Assembly (NCBI GenBank): GCA_951406725.2
Contig: OX597825.1
Span: 51,150,001-51,214,000 of the forward strand
DNA: 64,000 bases
Source of the DNA: Octopus vulgaris
Lineage: Eukaryota
Reading direction: 5' to 3'
Shown one piece after another: positions 27,128-39,700 of this stretch. A program made the position numbers and the translations under genes. The notes below the pieces were generated by a model that made no database searches, was not told where the DNA came from, and saw only the letters and a program-made list of their open reading frames with translations. The first letter of the stretch is position 1. Every line of letters begins with the position of its first letter.

Positions 27128-29369
27128 ATGTGTGTGTGTATGTGTGTGTGTGTGTGTGTATGTGTGCGTGCGTGCGTGTGTGTGTGTAAATACCACGTGG
27201 CATGTAACATATGTAATTAAATGATCTTGGGAGTTATAAGACCCATAGAGAACGAACGTATGCTTTGTGATTATTTGGAGTCATATTTAGGACCACAATG
27301 CTTAGGAATTCGATGCGAAATTGCTCATATAATGCTCATTTGAAACCAAGATGATATTATTATCCATAATACACGTGCTTGTAAACAATTCTAGAAAATT
27401 CCACCAACAAAATTTACCGATCCTTGAATCAGAAGAAAAAAAAAATATATATATATAGGATTGAATACTTAGCTAGAGTTGATACTTCATCACGATGCTT
27501 GAGACGGAAAGTTGACAGAGATAATGGGAGAAGAGAAGACTGGTATTTTAACAATGATGAAAAGTAACATAAAGGTGAGTTGGGTGGTATTCGACCTCAA
27601 GGCGTAGACAAATGGATAAAATAGCGACAATTTAACAATTGTGTCACTTTGCCGTCTTTGCTTGAAATTTTAAAAAAATTATAATTATTTCCGCCATTAA
27701 TGACATGTCGCACTTCGAAAACTGGTTCATGAGTTACTGGTTATATTATGCTGACGATTTCTAGAAGGAACGAAATAGTTCTAGACAGATTTATCAGCTA
27801 CTACAAATTTTAAGAATTGCATAATTAGTATTCCTGCATCCCCAAAAAACAATTCTATGTAAATTCTGTCTTTTTCAACTAATTTCTTAATGCTAAATTA
27901 AAAATTGGACATACTCCCGACCAATGTTATAAAAAATGAGTATCTTGCTTTTGCTTTATTTGACAATTAGAGAGGGAAATCGCACGTGATTGGATTATTT
28001 CTATGTTGAGCTATTCTATTATTTTGCTATTTGATCGTAAAAGAGAGATTATTCAAAATTTCTAGAAAACATTGAGCTCGCAGAACCAATAGTGTATCGG
28101 ATAAAATTCTTCGCATTTCCAGCTTTTTATGTTGTGAGTTAAATCTCGGTGAGTTTAACTTTGTCTTTGTCTGTCTTGTGTCACTGAACTATAGAGCTTG
28201 TCTAGTACTGCAACCGACATTCTATTATTTGTTACAGTCGTTGAAATGCAGAAAGCTATATAAATTTCCTTTACACGCTAACATGGACAATATTTTAAGT
28301 TCCCTATAACTATGATGCAATACAAACGGAAGTAATTTTTATATAAGCACCTAGGTTGTTCCTCAAACAGGAATGGAAAGATGACACAGTAAATGGGAAA
28401 TACATTTCTTATAGACACCTGTAACATATGAAAGTGAATTCTGCAAACTCGACCAGATAATGGAGTAGGTTTTTTCATGGTTAAACATGATCGCTATCAC
28501 TCAAATGCATATATTAAATCTATATGTCGCATTAGGAAAAGTATTCCTTACAGTAACAAATTCAGAAAGTTGCTAGAACACTTGGCAGAATGTTTCACGT
28601 TACCTCTTCCGACTCCCGGTGCTATAAGTTTGTATTTAGTTGAAGACTCTATAGTTTTCATCCTTTCAGGGTCGGTTAAAATTGTCAGTTCATCATAGTG
28701 GATTAGCAGATCTGTAGGAACTTTGGACTTGTTGCCTTGTATTATTTATTTCTTCTGGCTCTTCACAATCTGAGTTCAGATCCCATGGTAGTACGGGTTG
28801 TTGATAGACTTAACCTACCACTTTCTTTAATGGCACTGTCTACTACGATGGGTGTCTTTAGTGAAGTTTGCTGTTAGAAGCACCACTCGGACCATATTTC
28901 TAGTTTGAGGACTAATTCCTCGCTACTTCCTATTAGTTTGATGGCCTTGTAATGGGTCATGGGCACTGCATTCCATCTTGACAAAAGAAAAAGAAAAGAA
29001 AAAGAAAACAACTGTAAAGAAATCTGATGACGTTATTCAGAGGCAGTTACCTAAGAAGATTTAAGTCGTTGCAATAAATATGAGAGCTTAGATGATAAAA
29101 TCAATGAAATCAATAAATGAGTTCCAGAAGAAACTCATTTATCCTCCAAATTGCTGCTTATAATCCTTATTGATAATTTCTCAGTAGTTTGAATGCATTT
29201 TTTGTAAGACCTTTCGCTTAATAATCTGCTTTTAATTAGATGTTTCGTATGTGGAGTATGGATGGAATTTCCTATGGCAGGAATGTACTGGCCGGAACTT
29301 TTACATCTAGAATATTTTAAACACGCATACAGATATTCCTCCTTCTGGCTCTCGCTCTATGCGTGTATG

Positions 29370-29371
<2 letters not shown>

Positions 29372-29420
<49 letters not shown>

Positions 29421-29471
29421 ACACACACACACACACACATACACACACATACACACTCACACACACACACA

Positions 29472-29512
<41 letters not shown>

Positions 29513-29528
29513 CGTATATATATATACG

Positions 29529-29561
<33 letters not shown>

Positions 29562-29576
29562 GTATATATATATATG

Positions 29577-29657
<81 letters not shown>
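29372..29657. repeat. (CA)n/(TA)n compound microsatellite
   Basis: Direct reading. Confidence 0.95.
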
Positions 29658-30047
29658 GTTTAAATATTTGTTGTGCAAGATTTTTTATGTGAAGTCGTGT
29701 GTTGAAACAGATATTGTTATATTTCGGAATGGTCATATTGCCAGTTTAGCCAATAAAAACACACGCACTATATATTTGGTGTTATTTTGCTTCAGTGATA
29801 TTTATTTTTTACATTAATCTTAATCTTATTTCGGCCAAAGTTCTTTCGTCACACTCCTGTGACCGCATCAGTGGTCCTTTGTTTTCTTCTCACTTACTTG
29901 TGTCTCTCCTTACTAACCGTCAGCCGAAATAAGATTAAGATTAATGTAAAAAATAAATATCACTGAAGCAAAATAACACCAAATATATAGTGCGTGTGTT
30001 TTTATTGGCTAAACTGGCAATATGACCATTCCGAAATATAACAATAT

Positions 30048-30050
<3 letters not shown>
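29658..30050 (-). mobile_element. Non-coding fold-back cassette (PLE pLTR-like) with perfect 125-bp inverted arms
   Basis: Arms 29711-29835 and 29923-30047 are exact reverse complements. An HHR-like motif lies in the spacer, with (TA)n on both sides. Confidence 0.8.
29833..29877 (-). ncRNA. Minimal hammerhead-like motif (core variant CUGAUGC)
   Basis: Minus strand: ggacca CTGATGC G GTCACA-ggag-TGTGAC GAAA gaac TT tggcc. Confidence 0.55.
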
Positions 30051-30097
<47 letters not shown>

Positions 30098-30171
30098 CAT
30101 ATATATGTATGCGTATGTATGTATGTATGTATGTATGCATGTATGTGCATATATGTATCTATGAATATATA

Positions 30172-30730
30172 TACAGGCTGTCTCAAAAATACATACGAAG
30201 TTTAACAGCTGATAATTCTCTTAATTTTTTACTTCCTTTTCGGATTTAACACTCGAAACCCTTAATAATGTAGACTTGAAGAAAATAAGTTTTCCTTAAT
30301 GTGCTACTGGAAGTTTGAAAACACAGTAGAAGGGCAAACAGTCTAGGAGAGAATTTCAAACAGATGCACCTACACAACTTACGATCGCTCGAATTGAAGA
30401 TAAATCAGAATGTTCTTAAGAAATGTCCCATAAGGCCACGGGCTTCGATGAGCCCCACAAATGAAGAAAGGCCGCTAGAAACATTGCCAGATGAGTGAAG
30501 ATCTCATCGGAAATCGAGTTGTGAAACAGAAATTTCAAAATGAAAACTCCTTCACATTTTGAAACGTAGTTATTTGAAAAGATATCTTCCATAAATAGAC
30601 CGTGTATCAGAGAATCTGATCCGGACCGAAGCGGGGAACTTTGTGAGTTCTACTTGACAAGATGTGTTGAAGATGCAGTTTCGAACATAAATTTTTTGAA
30701 GTAACGGAACTATATTTAAATAAAGGGCTT
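30172..30730 (+). mobile_element. Tc1/mariner-family DNA transposon fragment
   Basis: TA-CAGGCTGTCTCAAAA TIR-like start. Broken frames give CYWKFENTVE...RREFQTDAPTQLTIARIEDK, resembling the N-terminal HTH of mariner-like transposases. Confidence 0.7.
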
Positions 30731-31764
30731 AATAAAAAAAAAGACTGGAATTCATTTCGAACTCTCGCTGGGCGCTGCAGGGGCGAATTTTTTTCCCTTC
30801 TCTCTTCCCTTTTTCTCTCCCCCTCTCTCGCTCTTTCTCTCCTCTCTATCGTTCTCTTTCGCCATCTCTCTTTCTGTTTCTCCCTCACATTCTCCCTCAA
30901 ATATTTATTGTGTTTTTAATACTTTAAGTGTTAAAGAGCATAAGACCTGCTACATCAGGACAAATACTGCAGTATCCGGCTTATTGACAGTGTGTGTGTA
31001 TGTGTATGTGTGTGTGTGCGTATGTGTGTGTGTATTGATACATATATGATATACACACAAATAAGTTACTTCTGTATTATGACTTTTGCTGAAATCATAT
31101 AGAGGTGAATATGTGTATTTGTGTATGTATATGTGTATCTGCGCTTATGTATGTATGCATGTATGTATATATGTATGTATGCATGTATGTATATATGCAT
31201 GTATGCATGTATGTATGCATGTATGTATATATGTACTTACGTATGTGTAGGTTTGTGTGATGTACCGCTATTATATTGAACTATATACCTTTCATACATA
31301 ATAAAGCAGTCAATAGTAGAATTCTAAGAGAGACATCTACAAACTACCATCTTTCATTAAAGCAACTCATTGAATATGCCAGCACCAATGTCTATCGCTA
31401 TCTCTCACTCTCTATCTACCTATCCATATATCTCCATCTATTCCAAATTCTAATTCTCCCTTTATCTCTCCATCCATCTTACTCTTTCTTCGTGGTTATT
31501 TAATTTCATTTGCCTTTTGTTTTCAGTTATTCTTTTATTAATCTCAAATATATTTCTAGCACGTCTGTCCTATCAATCATTTAAAAATTCATTTCCCTCA
31601 ATCGCTGTAAACATTTCTGTCGTTGTTTGTTTGGTTTACTCTCAAGATTGATCTACTTTTAAGATCTTTAGGTCAGCCATCTTCTCTTCTTATTGATCGA
31701 CTCTAACGTTTTGATATTTCTGCGTCTGATCGCTATTTTATGCAGCCTGCCGATTGGACTTCCA

Positions 31765-31790
31765 CTACTACTACTACTACAACTACAACA

Positions 31791-31861
<71 letters not shown>

Positions 31862-31902
31862 TACTACTACTACTGCTACTACTACTACTGCTGCTGCTGC
31901 TG

Positions 31903-31960
<58 letters not shown>
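31765..31960. repeat. (CTA)n microsatellite
   Basis: Direct reading. Confidence 0.95.
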
Positions 31961-31962
<2 letters not shown>

Positions 31963-32193
31963 GTATTAGTAATGGTAGTAATAATAGCAGTGTTGGTGGT
32001 GATGGTAATAGAGTAGTCATGATATATTAGCACGAGCATGTACTTATGTAGGTACTTGAAGCTTTTGTATAATATCTATCTACCTATCTATCTATCTGTC
32101 TGTCTATCTGTCTGTCTATCTATCTATCTATATGTCTGTCTGTCTGTCTATCTATCTCTCTCTCTCTATCTATCTATATATCTATCTATCTAT

Positions 32194-32605
32194 CAACAAA
32201 CGTTAAGACAAGGTAAACATCTCAAGTCGTATACATTATTATTATTAGAAAAAATTCAAAGTCTTACAGCTGTTGTAAGACTTTGTCGTCATCTCATTAA
32301 TATATCCCATTCTCATATTCTCTAGTTTTCCCACTTTGTCTCTGATGACGGAATATCCCATACTCGGGGATATCCCAGAAACAGCTGTAAGACTGAATTT
32401 TTTCCAATATTAATAATGTATACGACTGGAGATGCTTGCCTTACCTTAACGCTTGTTGTCCCCTTTAACAATTATATATTCCCTGCATTAGAAATCTGCA
32501 ATTGCTCCAAAACTACCGTCTCGGCTATAACCTTGGAGTCCTAGTAATCCGTTACAGCACTTACCTTGCGTATCTAAACCTGTGAACTAAACTCCCATGC
32601 TTTGT
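32194..32605 (+). mobile_element. Non-coding fold-back cassette (PLE pLTR-like) with about 80-bp inverted arms and an HHR
   Basis: Arms 32194-32274 and 32380-32458 are imperfect inverted repeats. Flanked by (TCTA)n and TA-rich tracts. Confidence 0.8.
32338..32393 (+). ncRNA. Type I hammerhead ribozyme, canonical core
   Basis: gtct CTGATGA c GGAATATCCC-atactcg-GGGATATCC ca GAAA CAGCTG TA agac: 4-bp stem I, long stem II, palindromic ACAGCTGT stem III, GUA cleavage triplet. Confidence 0.85.
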
Positions 32606-32798
32606 ATATATATTTACATTCACAAGCACGTATGTATGTATATATACTTTTCTGCCTTCCATATCTGCGATCATAATTTAAAAGTGTAAATGCTTATATG
32701 TGCATGATTACCTTTATGTATGTATGTATGTATGTATGTATGTATGTATGTATGTATGTATGTATGTATGTATGTATGTATGTATGTATGTATGTATG

Positions 32799-32843
<45 letters not shown>

Positions 32844-32844
32844 G

Positions 32845-32876
<32 letters not shown>

Positions 32877-33603
32877 CCTATCTATCTATCTATCTATATA
32901 TATATATATCTATCTATATCACACCATATAGAATGTATAGCATCATCACCTCATATAATATGTATAGCAATCATGATAGTGTAGATGACTATTTTCGTAT
33001 TATTCTCTCTCTTTTTCTCTCTCTCTCCCTCTCTCTTGATATTACTGTTCACTATTTTCCCAGATACAAATATTGTTATTGTCCCTTTCCCAGTTTGCTT
33101 TTTGGTGGTGATATTGTTTACGTTACTCTTGCTGTCTTTATTGCTGTTGCTTACTATAACTAACTTTGAATTTGATGTTGTTCTTATTTATATCATTTCA
33201 GTTCATAAAATTATAGTCGTAGATGTTAATGTGCGATCGAACTGGAAGAACAATAGATAAATACATAGTTGTTAAATTAAAGGCCGTTGTGCAACACCAA
33301 TCGAAGTCTACTTTGGCTTATATTATCCTTGGGTCGAGGAAATATTTACCATCAAGTACGATTTCAGTTAAATCAAACGTATGCTCTCGCCACACACAAA
33401 TATGCGATCATGTAACAATATTCGAACTATTTATTTAATTAGGTCAGTTCATATTTTAAAACCAAGTAACACAATTTTGCTTCTATCCCTTACATATCTG
33501 TGGAAAAAGTACTAGTAATATACTGAAGTATTCGACTGTTAACACTTGTAATTTGTGTCTTGTATCTTGCCCGGCGTGCTAACGATTGTGCCAGGTCACC
33601 GCC

Positions 33604-33604
<1 letters not shown>

Positions 33605-33681
<77 letters not shown>

Positions 33682-33775
33682 GAAGAAGAAGAAGAAGAAG
33701 AAGAAGAAGAAGAAGAAGAAGAAGAAGAAGAAGAAGAAGAAGAAGAAGAAGAAGAAGAAGAAGAAGAAGAAGAAA
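33605..33775. repeat. (TAA)n(GAA)n microsatellite
   Basis: Direct reading. Confidence 0.95.
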
Positions 33776-36300
33776 ACAATGGGAATGTTTAACACGTGAG
33801 AGTAATAAAACACTGCGTTTAATATGTGATAGCGATAAAACACTACTCCAAAATCTATCCAAAAACATTGGGTATAAGGACAGCAAATGAAACCTAAAAT
33901 AACTGACTAAGTGTTGGACTATATCCGAGTAATATTTATCTGTTTTCTAAATGCAATTATGTATTTTCACTGTGCATCATCTCCATCACTCGCACATGTG
34001 TAAACACGCTCGCCACATTACGTATCAATCAACATTAGACCATCTCTGTCCCCAACCACCATGCTCAGAAAAATGAATGAAAAAAAAATTTAAATAATAG
34101 CCGTATTATTCAACCGAAGGATAACAAATGGGAAGTACGTACTTTAAACTTATTACACAAAAAGTACGAAAACCTACACGTGCAAAACCATTTAACACCA
34201 GAAATCAGCTGACCGGTACCCCAAGAAAATGATGACCATCAAAATATAGGACCAGACGTTATTTCTCATGTCCCGCAAACAAAATAAAAAAGCATAAATG
34301 GACACGCAAGGAATATATTTCAATCCTTCACGCTTAATTTACAGCCGTGATCTACCCACAGAACAAAAACACAACATATACATATAAAATCTAGAAGAAA
34401 AATAACGTAGAAAAGATTTGGATACAACAATGAAACTTAATAAACTAGCTAATATAAGGTGATATATTCTCAAAAAAAAGCATATCAGAAATAGAAATAG
34501 AACACTTAAACGGAAAAATACATCAGGAAAACGTAGATAGTAACCACACAGCAATACCAAATAATATCACAAGCATTGGGACTGTAAAATACAAAGCAGA
34601 CGTAACATGTCCCACAAAAACGAAGTAAACAACGAAAGACAACAAACCCAAACCGTAAGAATGTATAATGATGTGCAAAATACACCAAATCAGAATACCA
34701 CAGAGAAAAATATGTACTGGTGTGAATGCGCAACAAATTTAATAATCTGGAAACAGTGAAGGTGAAAGTAATGGTTATGATACTCTAAAAATAACAAACT
34801 CAAAGAATTGAAAGCCACAGATCACAGTATAGACCACCGATTACACCTCACAAAAACAAAAAGATTAAAATTGATAATAAAACAACATCAATAATAAATA
34901 GCATGAAACTGGCCGTCACGGAACTAATAACCACCGAAACAACTATCAATATCACCACAAAAGAAGCTGGATTCAAGAGAAGCTAGTCACAAAAGAAGCT
35001 GGATACCGATTCAAACCTATCCAAACAGGAGTATCATCACTCAATCAAACCTTGTGGATAAATAATATCTAGAAACGAATAGAAAATAAGAGAAACGATA
35101 TATCAATCATTAATGAAACTAGTGGACAATCAACATGAGTAAATAATAAGAAGAGAAGAAAAATACTACGCAAATGAAAAACTAATTTTGGAAAGAAATA
35201 TGGTCGGCGAAGGAACAACCTCAGCAAAGATCTATCAAAATATCAAACACAGTACCTGAACAAATCTGAGCCCCTATAACAACTGTAGAAGTCTCCAGGG
35301 CACTGCAAAAAATAAGTAATTGGAAGGTACCTGGCACGACAAGATACCCAAATTCTGGTTAAAATACCTAACAGGAACACATAAAATGCCTGCTGAGAAA
35401 TTTAATGAATTACTAGCAGAGCCAGTGACAATGTCTGAATGGCTCATGGAAGGGAAAACTATCCTAATTCCCAAATCCGCTGAAAGGCAAACCCAGAATA
35501 TTACAGACTCATTAAAATTTACAAAGCCTTTACTGCAATAATATCGCAGATAATGGGCTAACACCTAGAAGAAAACAATCTGCTTCCAAAAGAGCAGAAA
35601 GAATGTTACAAGTGCTCATACGTCTGTACAGATCAGATACCGAACAATATAAGTAACTGCAGAATATGTGGAGATGGAGAAGAAACAATAAACCATATTG
35701 TCTCTGGCTGCCCAGTCCTGTTTAAGAAGGAATATATTCACAGACACGAAAGAATTGCGGACTATATAAACTGGAAGCTATGCCAACACTATGGAATAAT
35801 GTTGGCAGAAAAAAGATGGTATAGGCACAACAGAAAAAATATGGTATAGGCACACCCCAGAAAAGTTCACAGAAAAGGAGAAAGCAACCATATTCTGGGA
35901 TATGCCATTACACACAAATTGAGAAATTAAGTCCAATATGTATCGATTTATCAATACCAAGAGATGACAATGATTCTCTGGAAGAAACGGAGAAACTTTC
36001 AACATACAACGATCTGGAAATAGAGACAACTCTAATGTGGAGTCTATAAACAAAAAGAATTCCTATCATTAGGCGCATTAGGTATGATGAAAAATATTCA
36101 GACAAATATATAACAAGACCACCAGGCCGTACAAGTATATATAAGATACAGAAAATAACATTACTAGGCACTGCACTCATCCTACATAAAACTCTTTCAA
36201 TACAGTAAAAATAAGAGCATCACAACAAATGTCCCAAGGCACACAGAGCTGCGTTCGGCAGTGCAGTGAAAGCACGTGATAAAAAATATGACTACTAAAT
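33776..36300 (+). mobile_element. R4/Dong-like LINE, internally deleted and decayed
   Basis: PGxDKIPKFWLKYL-like RT start, NLLPKEQK, zinc knuckle CRICGDGEETINHIVSGCPV, KEYIHRH and RLE remnants. (TAA)n at both ends; most of the RT is missing. Confidence 0.85.
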
Positions 36301-36336
36301 AGTAATAATAATAATAATGATAATGATGATGATGAA

Positions 36337-36417
<81 letters not shown>

Positions 36418-36799
36418 AATAATAATAAGAATAAGAAGAAGAAGAAGAAGAAGAATGGGTACAGCCGGCGATTTCGACGTACGAGTGTGTTTTTAAGGAA
36501 AATGGAAAGAACAATTAAAAAAAGAAAAACCGAATCTGCATCTCTTGGCGACGGATGCGTGAATGGAATTTGAGTTTAGTTGTAATAGGAATAATGATGA
36601 TTTTTCTGAGACTGGACATATGTGTCTGCTGACTGCAGGAAATAATTCTTTCATTGTTCTGTTTCATCAAATGAAATTGTTAAGATGCATCATAACATTT
36701 TACATTACTCAGTTCGGTCTAGAGAATAACTTTCCCAGGATGTTAAATTACGCTGTTGGGATTTTAGAGATTGTTTCAACTTAGCCTCATACCTTAGAA

Positions 36800-38870
36800 G
36801 AGTGCGATCATCCTGCATTTGAGCATTCAGTACCGGACTTATAAATTTTTTGGAAGCTTTTAGCATTTGATATCTTATCTTACTCTTTTATGTTGCAGAT
36901 ATTGCGCAGACAGCTCATGAGAAAGTTTCCAAATTTTCCTGTATGCCTATAGTAACGAATGTTTCTGCTCATGTTTCTGCTCTATACAAAAAATGTACTC
37001 AAAATACAAGATTTGTATACACTTATTTTGGTTTTCAAACTGATACCCTGTTCATTCCAGAAAAGATGGGAAAGTTTTCCAAGTGCATTTGTTACCTAAA
37101 ATAATGTAATATTGATTTCATCAAGAAAACTCTTAAAGTTTACTGTATTGCCAAAACATTTAAATGACTTTACACATTAGAGTGGCTTATTGTCAATAAT
37201 CACATTTGAATCTTCAAAATTTCTACTTCAGGCTTTGGATGGAATAAAACTTCAGTTTCCTTTATGCTGTTAGTCAACGCAAAAGCAATAGCTGCCGCGG
37301 CAAACTTCCCAACCGTTTCCTGAATTCCTTCGAATGTAAGAAAAATCAAAGCACAATCATCAACGAACAGAAACTCACGCAGAGTCTTTTTCTTTGATCT
37401 GAAGCTTTGCTCATTTAGATTTAGTTGACCACCAGTGGAAACAAAATGCCTCTGAACGTTGCTTATGATATATCACGTTTGCCGTCATTCTTTCCTGCAT
37501 GTATAGTATTGCCCTAATAATTCTATTAGGGAGACCAACTTCTGATAAAACATTTCAAAGTGCCTCAGAACTGACTTTAACAAAGGAGATATTTGATTTG
37601 AAAATCATTCTCTTCAAACCAATCTTGATGCTTGCAATAAACGAATCTGCTAGGAGGAATGTTGGATCTGAATGACCGCTTTCTATATGTTTTAACAAAT
37701 ACCTTACTGCGAGCCATTCTGTCATCTGAGTAACACCTGGGAGATTTGTGAGCTTTGACATCACTGCAATCTTTGCTCCAAGTTATAACGTCATCAAAAA
37801 TGTTCCAGTTACCAGACCGAGGATGTTTCCAGGTGTTTTCATACCTGTTGAACTATTGTGTTTGTAATGGTTAAATTAAGTTGTTGATAAAAAGGCAACA
37901 GTCATAAGCCACTCGCATTTATCTTTCTTGTTCCATGTTTTCCTATTACTTTCAACCACAATGTGTGTTTGATACCTGTTCTGGTATTAAGATTGCCCAT
38001 TAATATGACTCTGTAATGATGCAGAATTTTACTGTTAATTGCTTGCAATTTAGAATAGAAAATATTATGTTCTTTCTCAGATGTTAATAAAGTAGGTGCC
38101 TATGCACTGATCATGCATAAATGAAGAAATGCTTGCGGGTAAACGAAAGGTCATGAGACACTCACCAGCAGCTTGAAGGATGGATGCAACGTACAAAGTA
38201 AAGACGATTTAATGGCAAATCAAAATCTGTCGGCTTTCTGTTCATAAAAGAATGAAATGTATAACCACTCCCAACTTATAATTCATCGGAATCTGCGAGC
38301 CTGGCTTCGCTTAGAACAGCAGTATTAATATTATATGAGCCAATTACCTTTGCGATTATTGCTGTTATTTGTTCCATAATGTCTTATAAAATTCTTACAA
38401 CTAAAACTTGTTTCTTTTATTTTTATTTTTCTCGAAAGCAAAAAATTAGATGGCAACACATCTGCATTTAATGCCACATGTATTGAAAACAACACTTTTT
38501 AAGGGTTCCTTCGCTCATTCCGCCTCCAGTTTTGGATGAAAGGTACGAAAGAGGACTGATTACCAGACAAAAGAGGACACGATTCTAGCAGGTGCCTTCG
38601 GAATCTACAAAAGCACATCCATCACACTCTGCCGCCTATTTAAGACGCTAACAAGAATCTTCCAGCAACAGCCTTTGCTCGTTTCCGTCGCCATATGCAA
38701 TTGTCATAGGACTTTCAACTCACCTTCAAATTAACTCCACAATGAATTTGCATTAAGTGGCATGGGCTGGTGTCACCCGTCACACTCTGTTCTTCAAAAA
38801 GCCTAGACTCCGGTGTATATTATAGCCACGAGGAGAAAATTCAGACTGGATGCAGGGTTGGTGTCTAAAT
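36800..38870 (-). mobile_element. RTE-clade LINE, heavily decayed
   Basis: Minus strand REFLFVDDCA (RT motif C, about 37350-37380) and NINTAVLSEARLADS (APE N-terminus, about 38290-38330). Confidence 0.65.
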
Positions 38871-38934
38871 TGGAATTTTTTGAGACTTCAATAAAAGATG
38901 ACACACCCACTCCAAAGATAATCCCTTCTGTTAA

Positions 38935-39110
38935 AGGTACAAAGCCTGAAATTTTAGGTGAGGGGCTACTCAATTAAATCGACGCCAGAACTCACTAAGT
39001 ACTTATTTCATCAAGATTGAAAGAGTGGAAGGCAAAGACTATCACGACGGAATTTGAACTCAGAACGTAAAGGTGGACAAAATGCCTCTAAGAATTTTGA
39101 CCGGCGCGCT
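38935..39110 (-). mobile_element. SINE family A
   Basis: Reverse GGAATTTGAACTCAGAACGTAAAG and GAAGGCAAAG. Confidence 0.7.
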
Positions 39111-39148
39111 CACTGGCTTAAAAGAAAAATGACAATAATAATATCTTC

Positions 39149-39335
39149 AAGGTGGTGAGCTAGCAGAATCGTTAGGATGCACGGCGAAATGCCTCTTGTC
39201 ATTTCGTTCATTAAGATCGTCTATGCCTTTTATTATTTCGTATCCGATAAAATAAGAGCCAAATTAAGCACTTGGTTTGATGTATTGACTAGAATCTTCT
39301 TCGAAATTACTGGCCTTGTGCTAAAATTGCAAACC
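39149..39335 (+). mobile_element. SINE family A
   Basis: AAGGTGGTGAGCTAGCAGAATCGTTAG head. Confidence 0.7.
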
Positions 39336-39559
39336 GTTTTTATAGTAAAACCTGTTTTATACTGTACACAAATTAATGGAACTCGCAAACATCCTGCACA
39401 CACATAAATATAAATTAATCTATACATAAATAAATAATAAAACTAATATTCGCCCGAGGGCTGGTTCAAGTTTGGCGCCGAATGATTGTTTTGCCACCGG
39501 TCACCAGGTGCCAGCATCGGTCAGTCACTCTCATGTTTTTCAAAACTCTTCCAGATTAA

Positions 39560-39700
39560 TGTTTTCATTTGATAAACGCAAAATAATTCTACCGTCCCTT
39601 GAACAGAAGATGGATATGTTCTCGCCTTGAGAAGATTACAACTCGTAGACAGTTGATGGATGAATATGACATTGGTTCGTCTACATGGTATTTTTAATTA
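39560..39700 (+). mobile_element. Tigger/pogo transposase N-terminal (CENP-B-like HTH) remnant
   Basis: KRKIILPSLEQKMD, frameshift, then CSRLEKITTRRQLMDEYDIGSST. Confidence 0.65.

Noticed and set aside
29711-30047. MITE or DNA-transposon interpretation of the inverted arms
   Set aside because: There is an asymmetric 53-bp extension outside one arm, an HHR motif at the inner boundary and no recognisable TIR signature. This fits a PLE inverted pLTR better, although a TA-targeting MITE is not strictly excluded.
38800-38880. HDV-like ribozyme at the RTE 5' end (minus-strand TCCTCGTGG)
   Set aside because: I could not assemble P1, P2 and P4 pairings, so a short motif alone is insufficient.
39603-39656. 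TEDGYVLALRRL, resembling the acid lipase N-terminal motif
   Set aside because: It is bounded by stops on both sides. The other two frames give a longer, coherent Tigger/pogo HTH match, so the lipase similarity is coincidental.
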